A DNA stretch of 61,000 bases from Bacteroidales bacterium (lineage in GTDB: Bacteria > Bacteroidota > Bacteroidia > Bacteroidales > PUMT01), in the NCBI GenBank assembly GCA_007132225.1, contig SLPB01000061.1, forward strand, positions 1-61,000, read 5' to 3'. Of the stretch, positions 19,308-28,485 are shown piece after piece. The notes beneath the pieces were generated by a model. It did no database searches, was not told the origin of the DNA, and saw only the letters and a program-made list of their open reading frames with translations. Position numbers and translations under genes: made by a program. How positions within the stretch are numbered: the first letter of the stretch is position 1; every line of letters begins with the position of its first letter.

Positions 19308-19333
19308 CCGTCTGAAAGTATCCGTCTGAAAAT
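19306..19333 (+). repeat. 14-bp tandem duplication
   Basis: ATCCGTCTGAAAGT followed by ATCCGTCTGAAAAT. Confidence 0.8.
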
Positions 19334-19447
19334 ATTTTATGTAAATTTGAAATAACTACTTGCAGTTTTTGAATTAAATAATTAAAATGTTAACCGGGAT
19401 ATTTGAATCCGGCTGTTTGCCCTTTCCTTAGCATAAATACTTTTATT

Positions 19448-20362
19448 ATGATTAGTCCACCACCACTTAAGCCATATGATGAAATTGGAATCGTTACCTG
19501 TGCCGGTAAAATTGAAAAAGGAAGCCTCGATGCTGCCATAGTTATTTTGGAAGGATGGGGATTAAAGGTCACTACCGGGAAACATGTTTATGGCAGGTAT
19601 AACCAGTTTGGAGGAACCGACCAGGAGAGAGCAGAGGATCTGCAGTTTATGCTCGATAATCCAGGTATTAAAGCAATATTGTGCTCACGTGGCGGATATG
19701 GAACGCTCAGGATCATTGACAGGATAGATTTTAGTTTGTTCAGGTCCTACCCTAAATGGGTTGTCGGTTACAGCGATATAACCGTCCTGCATAGCCATAT
19801 AAATCAAAACTGCGGCATCGAAACTTTGCATGCCCTTATGCCATCGGAATTATCTCCCAAAAGAGATAAGGTGCTAACCAAAAGATCTGTCGATTACCTG
19901 AGAGAAGCATTGTTTGGAACTCTTCCTGCCTATTACCAGTCAAATCATCACCTCTCAAGAGAAGGGAAGGCTGAAGGGCTTATTACAGGCGGTAATCTCT
20001 CGGTGTTATACAGTTTACTCGGGTCATCATCGTTTCCCGATACCAGGGGCCGGATATTATTTATTGAGGATGTCGACGAATATCATTATCATATTGACAG
20101 GATGATGATTGCCCTTCGCCGTGCCGGAGTTCTTGAGCATGTTGCCGGAATAATTGTGGGTGATATGACAGGCATGAAAGATAATAAGGATCCTTTTGGT
20201 AAAACGGCGCAGGAGATTATTGCTGAAGCAGTTGATGATTTTGACTATCCGGTTTTATTTGGGTTTTCCTCAGGTCATCAGCCTGAGAACCATCCTTTGT
20301 TTCTGGGAAGGGAGGTATCTCTTTTTGTCGGGGAGGCTTCCTGTAGTCTGGCATTTAAATAG
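19448..20362 (+). CDS. ldcA: LD-carboxypeptidase (peptidase S66)
   Basis: Motifs RGGYG, GYSD (Ser), GGNL, IEDV (Glu) and SGH (His). ATG 19448 preferred over TTG 19403. -7 element TAAATTTG at 19342-19349. Confidence 0.9.
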   Translation: MISPPPLKPYDEIGIVTCAGKIEKGSLDAAIVILEGWGLKVTTGKHVYGRYNQFGGTDQERAEDLQFMLDNPGIKAILCSRGGYGTLRIIDRIDFSLFRSYPKWVVGYSDITVLHSHINQNCGIETLHALMPSELSPKRDKVLTKRSVDYLREALFGTLPAYYQSNHHLSREGKAEGLITGGNLSVLYSLLGSSSFPDTRGRILFIEDVDEYHYHIDRMMIALRRAGVLEHVAGIIVGDMTGMKDNKDPFGKTAQEIIAEAVDDFDYPVLFGFSSGHQPENHPLFLGREVSLFVGEASCSLAFK

Positions 20363-20390
20363 TTTAGTTTTCACTCTGAATCTGATATTT

Positions 20391-20762
20391 ATGGCTGAAC
20401 ATAATGAACTTGGAAGACGGGGTGAAGCAGTTGCGCTTAGATATTTAAAAGATAAAGCCTATACCATTCTTGAAAGTAACTGGAGAAGTGGCCATATGGA
20501 GATCGATATAATTGCCAGGAAACATGATGAGCTTATTATTGCTGAGGTAAAAACGCGGAGGAAGAATTCACTGGCAACGTTGGATGAAGTTGTAAATAAA
20601 AGAAAACAGAACCTGTTGATTAAAGCTGCCAATTCGTATATTGGGAAAAGCAACCTGAATCTCGATGTTCGTTTTGATATATTGATTGTTATCTTTTCTA
20701 ATATGTCCGGTGCCAGGGTTTATCATATTGAAAATGCTTTTTATCCAACCCTGAGGAGCTAG
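20391..20762 (+). CDS. yraN: YraN family PD-(D/E)xK nuclease
   Basis: Motifs MAEHNELGRRGE, NWR, EIDIIA, EVKTR, RFD and HIENAF. Start reassigned to ATG 20391. Confidence 0.92.
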   Translation: MAEHNELGRRGEAVALRYLKDKAYTILESNWRSGHMEIDIIARKHDELIIAEVKTRRKNSLATLDEVVNKRKQNLLIKAANSYIGKSNLNLDVRFDILIVIFSNMSGARVYHIENAFYPTLRS

Positions 20763-20919
20763 GGAAGAAAAGTACCACCGTGGCTTCAACATTTTCAGGT
20801 GTTTGTTACTGACTGACGGAGCATTGCAAGCATATTTTATTTAAATCATTGGTTTTGCAAACCTTGACGTAACAATATTTTCATGGACGATTTATCCGCT
20901 AAATAAAGTAAATTTTTTT

Positions 20920-21273
20920 ATGGACATAGAAATGATCAGAGAATACTGTCTTTCAAAAAAAGGGGTGACCGAAGAGCTTCCATTCAATGAAACCACCCTT
21001 GCTTTCAAAGTTATGGGCAAAATATTTGTTTTAACCTCGCTGGAAGGTGCTTTAGCTCTAAATCTCAAATGTGACCCTGCCAAAGCTGTTGAGCTGCGGG
21101 AAAATTATCCAGCCGTGCAGCCCGGCTACCATATGAATAAAAAACATTGGAACACTGTATATGTAGATGGCAGCATGAGGGAAGAGCTGATCACCGGGCA
21201 AATTGACCACTCTTACGATCTGGTTGTAGCCGGACTGACCAAAAAGGCAAAAGTTCAATTAAGATCTCTCTGA
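20920..21273 (+). CDS. MmcQ/YjbR family DNA-binding protein
   Basis: Motifs FKVMGKIF, NLKCDP, PGYHMNKKHWNTV and IDHSYDLV. Confidence 0.92.
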   Translation: MDIEMIREYCLSKKGVTEELPFNETTLAFKVMGKIFVLTSLEGALALNLKCDPAKAVELRENYPAVQPGYHMNKKHWNTVYVDGSMREELITGQIDHSYDLVVAGLTKKAKVQLRSL

Positions 21274-21396
21274 CCGGGCTTATCAGGGAGAGGGGTATTG
21301 TTACCCGGGACTTAAGGGTAAAATATCTGCCGGTAAAAAGATTGAAAATATTGCACGGACACTTTAATGGGGTAAAAACTAACGCCTAATTTACTG

Positions 21397-22413
21397 TTAA
21401 TCAATTAGTAAATTACAGCCTCTTATTTCAGAATTGTCAAAGCGGCCCAATATCTCAAATTTCCCGCAGGGAAGGTTCTTGCCAATATCTGCTGTTTCAA
21501 GGAAAGCACACGAGTCAATGTTTGCAAGGTCTATGATGTTCACCCCACCGCTTCTTCCGGTCTCAATACAGGTGAAAGGGTCATACAAATCCCTTATCAT
21601 TATCTTCATCCAGGGCGGTGAGCTGAATTTTCCTTCTGATTTTGAATAGGCCTGGGATAATAACTCGGTCATACCATATTCAGAATGTATCTTTTCTAAG
21701 CCCAGACCGGATTTTAATATGGAATGTAGCTCTTCTCTTATAATCTCCTTTCTTCTTCCTTTCATGCCCCCTGTTTCCATTATAATTGTGTTTTTTAATT
21801 TAAGGTTTTGTTTTTCCGCCAGATCAATCAGGGCAAAGCTTACCCCAAGTAAAAGGATTCTTTGGTTTTCTGATTCAAGCTTTTTTAAAGTTGAGCCAAG
21901 TTTGTTCAAATCATCAAGGTAAAAGCCACTTTGGGGGTGCCTGCTATCTGTGATAAGTTTCCCGGCCATATAAACCAGGGATGAATCTCCTCTTTCCAGG
22001 TAGGAGGGCAGCAGGGCGATAATGCAATAATCACCCGGCTCTCCGTAAAATAAATTAAAGCATTTTAAAAAGCTTGTTTTGTAAAGATTGATATCAGTTA
22101 AATAATGGCTTGATGGTACACCATAATCTGTACTGCTGCTTTTAAATACCATTTTGACCGGATCATGTGATGTAACGATTTTCTGTGTCTTAAAAAAAGA
22201 TACCGGGAGGCATGGTATATCCTCCAGTGAGGTTATACCCCGGGGATTAATTCCCAGAAGATCAATGTAGTGTTTGTAAATCCTGTTTTTTTGAGACTGG
22301 AAACAGAATATTTCCCAGGCCAGATCTTCAAATTCCCGGTTGGACGATATACGGAAAATTTTACTTTTCAGGGCCTCCCGCTTATCAGTACTCATCTTTT
22401 TATGGTTCATCAT
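21397..22413 (-). CDS. LuxE/PaaK-like acyl-protein synthetase (ANL-related acyltransferase)
   Basis: Motifs LPVSFFK, FKSSST, SSLVYM, ETGGMKGRR, SEYGMTELLSQAY, DLAN and RGCN. Confidence 0.8.
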   Translation of the reverse strand: MMNHKKMSTDKREALKSKIFRISSNREFEDLAWEIFCFQSQKNRIYKHYIDLLGINPRGITSLEDIPCLPVSFFKTQKIVTSHDPVKMVFKSSSTDYGVPSSHYLTDINLYKTSFLKCFNLFYGEPGDYCIIALLPSYLERGDSSLVYMAGKLITDSRHPQSGFYLDDLNKLGSTLKKLESENQRILLLGVSFALIDLAEKQNLKLKNTIIMETGGMKGRRKEIIREELHSILKSGLGLEKIHSEYGMTELLSQAYSKSEGKFSSPPWMKIMIRDLYDPFTCIETGRSGGVNIIDLANIDSCAFLETADIGKNLPCGKFEILGRFDNSEIRGCNLLID

Positions 22414-22552
22414 GTTGCAAATTAATATTAATCTTTCAGATTAATAATAGTTATTGAATGATTTCGTTTATTATATTTATGACCATAAACCAGTTTTAAT
22501 CCCTGTTTTATAAGCGAAAGCCACAGTTATTTGTAATACCAAAGCAATATAG

Positions 22553-23953
22553 ATGGAAAAATATCAAAAAAAGGAATTATTAAAAAGGATTGCCAGACTT
22601 GTAAAGCAAAATAAGGAACTTAATGAACAGTTGCGACAGCTTTCCGAGGGTAACAGGAAACTGGAAAGCCTGGTTGAAAATTATGAGCGTAAGCTTTCCC
22701 GTATTAAGTCCCCTGGTCATGAAGAGGATTCAAAGGCTGATGTTAGCGGTATACTCAAGTTTAAAATGGGAACGGTGCTGTTTGCCAACATTCATGGCTT
22801 TGCCAAGCTGACTGAAAATATGGACACACAGGGATTAATGGACGAACTTGATGAGCTGTTTTTTCATTTTGACCAGATAGTTAAGAAATTCAAACTGGAG
22901 AAGATAAAAACTATAGGTGACTCATATATGTGTGCAGGAGGGGTACCCCTAAAAAATAGCACTAACCCCATTGATGTGGTATTAGCCGCATTGGAGATGA
23001 ATAAATACCTTGGAGAACTGAAATCAGGATCAGACAAAAACAAGGTATGGGATATCCGCATAGGAATACATACAGGATCGGTTACAGCCATTGCAAGCGG
23101 AAAGAAAAAAATTTCCTGGGAGCTGAAAGGCGACACAGTCAATATTGCCAGCAGGCTGAGCTCTTCCTGTAGTAATGATAGAATAAATATTTCAGATAAT
23201 ACTTACGAGCTGATAAAGGAATTTTTTACATGTGAATATAACGGGAAAATACCGGTCAAATATCTGGGAAACCTTTCCATGTATTATGTGAAGGGGATCA
23301 TTCCCGATATTTCACTCGATGGTAAAGGCATATTTCCCAATAGTAAGTTTGGCACTAAGTTTAAACTCATTCAGTTTAGCGATATGCAGGAGTTAATTCT
23401 TGATAAGCTTGAAAAGGAATTACCCCGGCACCTTTACTATCATAATGTTAAGCACACCATTGATGTGGTTACCGAGGTTGAGCTATTAGGCTGGGCTGAA
23501 GGTGTGGATGAAGAAGATGTTTTATTGCTGAAAACTGCTGCACTTTTTCATGATGCCGGGCACACCGTGGGATATGATAATCATGAAGCTATTGGGTGCA
23601 GTATTGCAAGAGATTTTCTGCCTGGTTATAATTATACACCGGCTCAGATCGAACGGATTTGTGAGCTTATAATAGCTACCCGGATGCCACCCAGGCCAAA
23701 AAACCTGCTTGAAAAAATAATTTGCGATTCCGATCTTGATTACCTTGGCCGCAGCGATTTTATTCCCGTTTCAAATAATTTGTATGAAGAGCTGAAAGAA
23801 CAGAACAAAATAGGAACCCTTAATGACTGGAATAAATTACAGATCAAATTTATTTCCGGTCATCAATATTTTACTGAAACAGCCCGTAACCTTCGTGAAG
23901 TAAATAAACAAAACCAGATAGAGCGTATAAAACAACTTATTAAGCAGGATTAG
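22553..23953 (+). CDS. Coiled coil + class III nucleotide cyclase + HD-domain fusion protein
   Basis: Cyclase motifs VLFANIHGF, KIKTIGDSYM, RIGIHTG and GDTVNIASRL. HD motifs YHNVKHT, LFHDAGH, HE and CDSDLDYLG. Confidence 0.88.
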   Translation: MEKYQKKELLKRIARLVKQNKELNEQLRQLSEGNRKLESLVENYERKLSRIKSPGHEEDSKADVSGILKFKMGTVLFANIHGFAKLTENMDTQGLMDELDELFFHFDQIVKKFKLEKIKTIGDSYMCAGGVPLKNSTNPIDVVLAALEMNKYLGELKSGSDKNKVWDIRIGIHTGSVTAIASGKKKISWELKGDTVNIASRLSSSCSNDRINISDNTYELIKEFFTCEYNGKIPVKYLGNLSMYYVKGIIPDISLDGKGIFPNSKFGTKFKLIQFSDMQELILDKLEKELPRHLYYHNVKHTIDVVTEVELLGWAEGVDEEDVLLLKTAALFHDAGHTVGYDNHEAIGCSIARDFLPGYNYTPAQIERICELIIATRMPPRPKNLLEKIICDSDLDYLGRSDFIPVSNNLYEELKEQNKIGTLNDWNKLQIKFISGHQYFTETARNLREVNKQNQIERIKQLIKQD

Positions 23954-24094
23954 GCCCTAAGCTTAAGCTCATCCTCAATACAATTTGAGGTAAATCAAGT
24001 GAGCCTGACCATCAGGGTCAAACTCACCTTCAAATTAATCTGCCCCTTTATGCAGATTAAATGTCCCGGGAGAAAAGGTGACACTCTTCCGGAT

Positions 24095-25282
24095 CTAGCC
24101 TCTAATGGCAGTTATTCCGGGTAGCTCACGGCCCTCCATGTATTCAAGCATTGCACCGCCTCCTGTGGAAACAAAGCTTACCTGGTCTGCCAGTTTATAT
24201 TTATTAATTGCAGAAACCGAGTCTCCTCCTCCTATTAGGCTGAATGCTCCCTTATCTGTTGCTTCAGCAATTGCCAGGGCTACACTTTTTGTGCCGGCTT
24301 CAAATTTTTCCATTTCAAACACTCCCATAGGACCGTTCCAGAGGATGGTTTTGGATTCTCTTATAATATCCGCTATTTTATTAATGGATTCCTGGCCAAT
24401 ATCCAGTCCCATCCAGCCATCGGGCACCTCATCAATAGGTGTTTCCTTTGTTGATGCATTGGCATCAAACTTGTCGGCAACGATATTATCTGTGGGAAGT
24501 ATAAGATTAACGTTTTTTGCCTTTGCCTTTTCTATAAGATCACGTGCAATATCCAGCTTGTCTTCTTCAACAATAGATGCTCCTATCTTCCCTCCCTTAG
24601 CTTTAACAAATGTGTAGGTCATGCCCCCGCCAATAACAAGGTTATCTACCCGTTCCAGCAGGTTCTCAATGATAAGGATTTTGTCGGATACCTTTGCTCC
24701 TCCCATAATTGCTGTAAAAGGGGACTGAGGATCTTCAAGAATTTTGTCCATGCTGTTAAGTTCGCTTTCAATGAGATAGCCAAACATTTTATCTTCAGGA
24801 AAGAATTTGGCAATTATAGCAGTTGAAGCATGTGCGCGGTGGGCAGTTCCAAATGCATCATTAACATAAACATCTGCCAGTGATGCCAGTTCAGCAGCAA
24901 ATTCCTCGTTTCCCTTCTTCTCTTCTTTATGGAATCTCAGGTTTTCCAAAAGTAGAATCTCTCCGGACTTAAGATTTTTTGCCATCTCCAGGGGAACATT
25001 TCCAATACAGTCATTTGAAAATTTTACCGTGGTGCCGGCCAATTTTGAAACATGCTTAACAAGATGCTTGAGTGAAAACTTCTCTTCAAAACCTGTCTCC
25101 GGCCTTCCAAGATGAGACATAAGAATTACAGAACCTCCCGAAGAAAGAATTTTTTTTATGGTTGGCATGGCTCCCCTGATACGTGTATCATCTGTTATTT
25201 CAAGTTCACTGTTAAGGGGTACATTGAAATCCACCCTGACCAGTGCTTTTTTCTTCTTAAAGTTGTAATTTTCAATTTTCAT
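24095..25282 (-). CDS. pgk: Phosphoglycerate kinase
   Basis: Motifs [43 protein letters not shown] and STGGGA. Confidence 0.98.
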   Translation of the reverse strand: MKIENYNFKKKKALVRVDFNVPLNSELEITDDTRIRGAMPTIKKILSSGGSVILMSHLGRPETGFEEKFSLKHLVKHVSKLAGTTVKFSNDCIGNVPLEMAKNLKSGEILLLENLRFHKEEKKGNEEFAAELASLADVYVNDAFGTAHRAHASTAIIAKFFPEDKMFGYLIESELNSMDKILEDPQSPFTAIMGGAKVSDKILIIENLLERVDNLVIGGGMTYTFVKAKGGKIGASIVEEDKLDIARDLIEKAKAKNVNLILPTDNIVADKFDANASTKETPIDEVPDGWMGLDIGQESINKIADIIRESKTILWNGPMGVFEMEKFEAGTKSVALAIAEATDKGAFSLIGGGDSVSAINKYKLADQVSFVSTGGGAMLEYMEGRELPGITAIRG

Positions 25283-25356
25283 GATTTGTATAGGTTTAAG
25301 TAAAAATTTTATTTTGTCCGGATGTTAATATTTTAACGACTAACATTAAACTTATG

Positions 25357-25390
25357 CAAAAGTAAAAAACTATTTTTTATTTTACCTTTG
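25357..25390. promoter_or_regulatory. Back-to-back -7 elements for pgk (minus) and holB (plus)
   Basis: CAAAAGTA at 25357-64 (TACTTTTG on minus) and TACCTTTG at 25383-90. Both match TAnnTTTG. Confidence 0.55.
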
Positions 25391-25527
25391 TCTCCAAATG
25401 ATCTTGCAAATAATTAGTCGTTATTTTTTATTAAAAATGGCCAAGTTGGCTTAAAGCCTTGAAAAGTCAGGACTTCCCCGTTTAACTTACAGAAAATGTG
25501 TCTGATAACCATAATTTTTATATATAA

Positions 25528-26658
25528 ATGCAATTTAAAGATATAATAGGCCAGTCAGAAGTAAAAACCAGCTTATTACATATTGCAAATGAGCGAAGGG
25601 TCCCTCATGCACTCCTGTTTGCGGGAAATGAGGGTGCCGGTATGCTGGGCCTTGCTATAGCTTTTGCCAGGTACCTGAATTGTGAAAATCCGCAGGAAAC
25701 AGATTCATGCCAGGAGTGCAGTTCATGCAGAAAATATAGCAAAATAATTCATCCGGATTTACATTTTGTTTTTCCGGTCGCTTCAACAAAAAATTCCGGG
25801 AGTAATCCTGTTAGTGATGATTTTTTGACGGTTTGGCGTGAATCAGTACTTTCAAATCCATACATGGGACTTTTTCAATGGTATGAATATATGGGTGTTG
25901 AGAATAAGCAGGGAACAATAACCAGGAATGAGAGTATTCAAATAATAAGGAAACTATCTTTAAAGAATTTTGAAGCAACATATAAAGTAATGATCATATG
26001 GATGGCTGAAAAGATGAATATGTATTCTGCCAATAAATTACTTAAAATCCTTGAAGAACCTCCTGAAAATACGGTGTTTATCCTGATCGCCGAAAATACT
26101 GACCAGATCATTCCCACCATATTATCCCGTACCCAGCTTATAAGGATACCCAGGATTGATAAAATTAGTATGGCAAATGCATTAAAAGATAATTATGATA
26201 TAAGGGACCAGGATCAAATAGATGGTCTGGTGAGACTTGCCGAGGGTAATTTTCTTACGGCAATAGAAGCGGTTAAAGAAACAGAAGAGATTAGCTATCA
26301 TTTTGATATGTTTGTGAAGTTGATGCGGTTGTGTTTTTCGGTTGATATTGTGGGGATATCTTCCTGGATTGATGAAATGGCTAAACCGGGAAGGGAAGTC
26401 CAAAAGCAATTTTTTCAGTATGCTTTGCGTCTTATACGTGGAAACTTTATATTGAATGTAAAAGCAGGTGATATAGATCTTTTATCGGGTGAAGAGAAAA
26501 ATTTTTCATCCCGGTTTTCTAAATTTATTCATCCCGGGAATGTTTTTCTTATAAGTGATGAATTGAATAAGGCCTGTACTCACATTGAATATAATGGTTA
26601 CAGCCGGCTTGTTTTTTTTGACCTGGCATTGAAAATGGCCAGATTATTAAAGGCTTAG
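25528..26658 (+). CDS. holB: DNA polymerase III subunit delta'
   Basis: Motifs HALLFAG, a zinc-binding Cys cluster, HPDLH, NKLLKILEEPP and TILSR. Confidence 0.93.
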   Translation: MQFKDIIGQSEVKTSLLHIANERRVPHALLFAGNEGAGMLGLAIAFARYLNCENPQETDSCQECSSCRKYSKIIHPDLHFVFPVASTKNSGSNPVSDDFLTVWRESVLSNPYMGLFQWYEYMGVENKQGTITRNESIQIIRKLSLKNFEATYKVMIIWMAEKMNMYSANKLLKILEEPPENTVFILIAENTDQIIPTILSRTQLIRIPRIDKISMANALKDNYDIRDQDQIDGLVRLAEGNFLTAIEAVKETEEISYHFDMFVKLMRLCFSVDIVGISSWIDEMAKPGREVQKQFFQYALRLIRGNFILNVKAGDIDLLSGEEKNFSSRFSKFIHPGNVFLISDELNKACTHIEYNGYSRLVFFDLALKMARLLKA

Positions 26659-26817
26659 CTTTTTTAGATTTTTGTACTTTTGCTGCTCACATATTCTAAT
26701 CATACTTTTTATATCCGGGTTATGAATCTCAGTAATCTCAGTAAAAATATTTGGCCCGGGAATTTTGTGGATATAAAAATTAAATGTTGGTTGCCAGCAA
26801 AAAATAATTAATTTGAT

Positions 26818-27981
26818 ATGACTACATATTTCAGAGGATGTCCTGCCATAATGACCGAATCGGGGCATGAACAAAAGAAAATATGTTCATGCAACAGCCT
26901 GGAGGTATTTGACTGGCTGGCTGATTTTAAAGATATGGCAGTTAGTCACGATATTATTGAGATAAGGTTTAAAAATACGAGAAAGGGGTTTTTTTTAAAT
27001 GGCAATCAGTTAGTGCTCAAGCAGGGTGATATTGTAGCAGTGGAGTCTTCGCCAGGCCATGATATAGGTGTTGTTTCGTTGCGCGGGGAGCTTGTTCTGG
27101 AACAAATGAAAAAATATAATGTTTCCCCTGACAGTGCAAACCTCAGGAAAATATACCGCAAGGCCAAACCGGCAGATCTGGAAAAATGGAAGGAATCTAT
27201 TCTGTTAGAGATGCCTACTATGCTTAAGGCCCGTGAGATTACCGAATCGATGAAACTTAATATGAAGATAAGTGATGTCGAATACCAGGGAGACAATACC
27301 AAAGCTATCTTTTATTATATTGCTGAAGAGAGAGTTGATTTCCGCGAGCTTATTAAAGTATTGGCCGAAGAGTTTCGTATTCGTATTGAGATGAAACAGG
27401 TTGGTGCCAGGCAGGAGGCCGGGCGCATCGGAGGCATTGGTGTTTGTGGACGGCAGTTGTGTTGCAGCTCATGGCTGGTGAATTTTAAATCGGTTACAAC
27501 AAATGCAGCAAGGATTCAGGATATTTCTCTTAATCCGCAGAAACTGGCCGGGCAATGCAGTAAATTAAAATGCTGCATCAATTATGAGGTCGTAACATAT
27601 AGTGACGCGAAAAGAGGGTTTCCTGAGCTGAACAAGGTGCTGGAAACCAACGAAGGGAAATATTACTTTCAAAAAGCTGAGATTTTTAAAAAATTAATCT
27701 GGTATTCCGACAATCCTGATTCAAATTTCAAGATGGTGCCCCTTACTATACAACGGGTCAAAGAGGTAATTACGCTAAATAAAGAAGGCAGGAAACCTGA
27801 TAAGCTTTTAGAGGACAATAACAATAATTACCCGGAAGTTACAAAAGAGAATGATTTTTTGATCAATGAAAGTATAACACGCTTTGATAATGCCGTGGAG
27901 TCAAGGGGAAGGAAAAAAAAGAAAAAAAGGAAAAAAAATAGTAAGTTCAAAGGACAAAATAATGGCAAGCAAAAGCTTTAA
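26818..27981 (+). CDS. ricT: PSP1-domain RicT/YaaT family Fe-S protein
   Basis: Motifs RVDFRELIK, GGIGVCGRQLCC and KLAGQCSKLKCC. Lys-rich tail. -7 element TACTTTTG at 26675-26682. Confidence 0.88.
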   Translation: MTTYFRGCPAIMTESGHEQKKICSCNSLEVFDWLADFKDMAVSHDIIEIRFKNTRKGFFLNGNQLVLKQGDIVAVESSPGHDIGVVSLRGELVLEQMKKYNVSPDSANLRKIYRKAKPADLEKWKESILLEMPTMLKAREITESMKLNMKISDVEYQGDNTKAIFYYIAEERVDFRELIKVLAEEFRIRIEMKQVGARQEAGRIGGIGVCGRQLCCSSWLVNFKSVTTNAARIQDISLNPQKLAGQCSKLKCCINYEVVTYSDAKRGFPELNKVLETNEGKYYFQKAEIFKKLIWYSDNPDSNFKMVPLTIQRVKEVITLNKEGRKPDKLLEDNNNNYPEVTKENDFLINESITRFDNAVESRGRKKKKKRKKNSKFKGQNNGKQKL

Positions 27982-28462
27982 AAGATTTTTCTTCCGGGTA
28001 TTTAAATACACCCTTGCAGGCTTATTCTTCGGAGTGCTTATTTCCTGTGACCAGGATCTTGTTTACGAGGAAAATGAACGTATCCCGGGCAATAAATGGA
28101 ACCGTTATCACATTCCCGTCTTTGAGGTCGGAATTTCTGATACCCTTGAAGCGCATGACCTTATTATAAATATTAGAAATACAGGCGAATACCCAATGGA
28201 GAATCTTTTTTTATTTATTTCGGTTAAAGCTCCGGGGGGAGCATCCACAAGGGACACCATTGAACTTTCTTTAGCTGAATCCTCCGGCAGATGGAAAGGC
28301 AGGGGGTTTGGCAGTATCTGGCAAAACAGGTTTTATTACAGGCAAAACGTCCGTTTTGCCGAAAAGGGTAAATTTATTTTCCAGGTGGAGCAGGCTATGA
28401 GGATTGAAGATTTGCCAGGGATTGTAGATGTGGGATTAAGGGTGGAAAAGTCGAAGCGTTAA
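27962..28462 (+). CDS. gldH: Gliding motility lipoprotein GldH
   Basis: Lipobox LISCD. Motifs RNTGEYPMENLFL, DTIELSLA, GRWKG, QAMR and DVGLRVE. Follows PSP1 as commonly seen in Bacteroidota. Confidence 0.88.
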   Translation: MASKSFKRFFFRVFKYTLAGLFFGVLISCDQDLVYEENERIPGNKWNRYHIPVFEVGISDTLEAHDLIINIRNTGEYPMENLFLFISVKAPGGASTRDTIELSLAESSGRWKGRGFGSIWQNRFYYRQNVRFAEKGKFIFQVEQAMRIEDLPGIVDVGLRVEKSKR

Positions 28463-28485
28463 CATTGATTTAAGTAATTAAAGAA

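Noticed and set aside
19306-19333. ATCCGTCTGAA resembling the Neisseria DNA uptake sequence
   Set aside because: Mismatched, present only as a local tandem duplication, and the wrong lineage.
20196-20390. N-terminal extensions in the ORF track for yraN, gldH, porX, kbl and the 53240 lipoprotein
   Set aside because: They overlap upstream genes or promoters. Downstream ATGs give family-typical N-termini.
22553-23953. Pycsar or CBASS anti-phage system
   Set aside because: No adjacent TIR or transmembrane effector, housekeeping context, and a purine-type Lys in the cyclase.
27905-27945. A-rich tract as a phase-variable slippage site
   Set aside because: It encodes the Lys-rich RicT tail, is interrupted by G, and leaves the frames intact.
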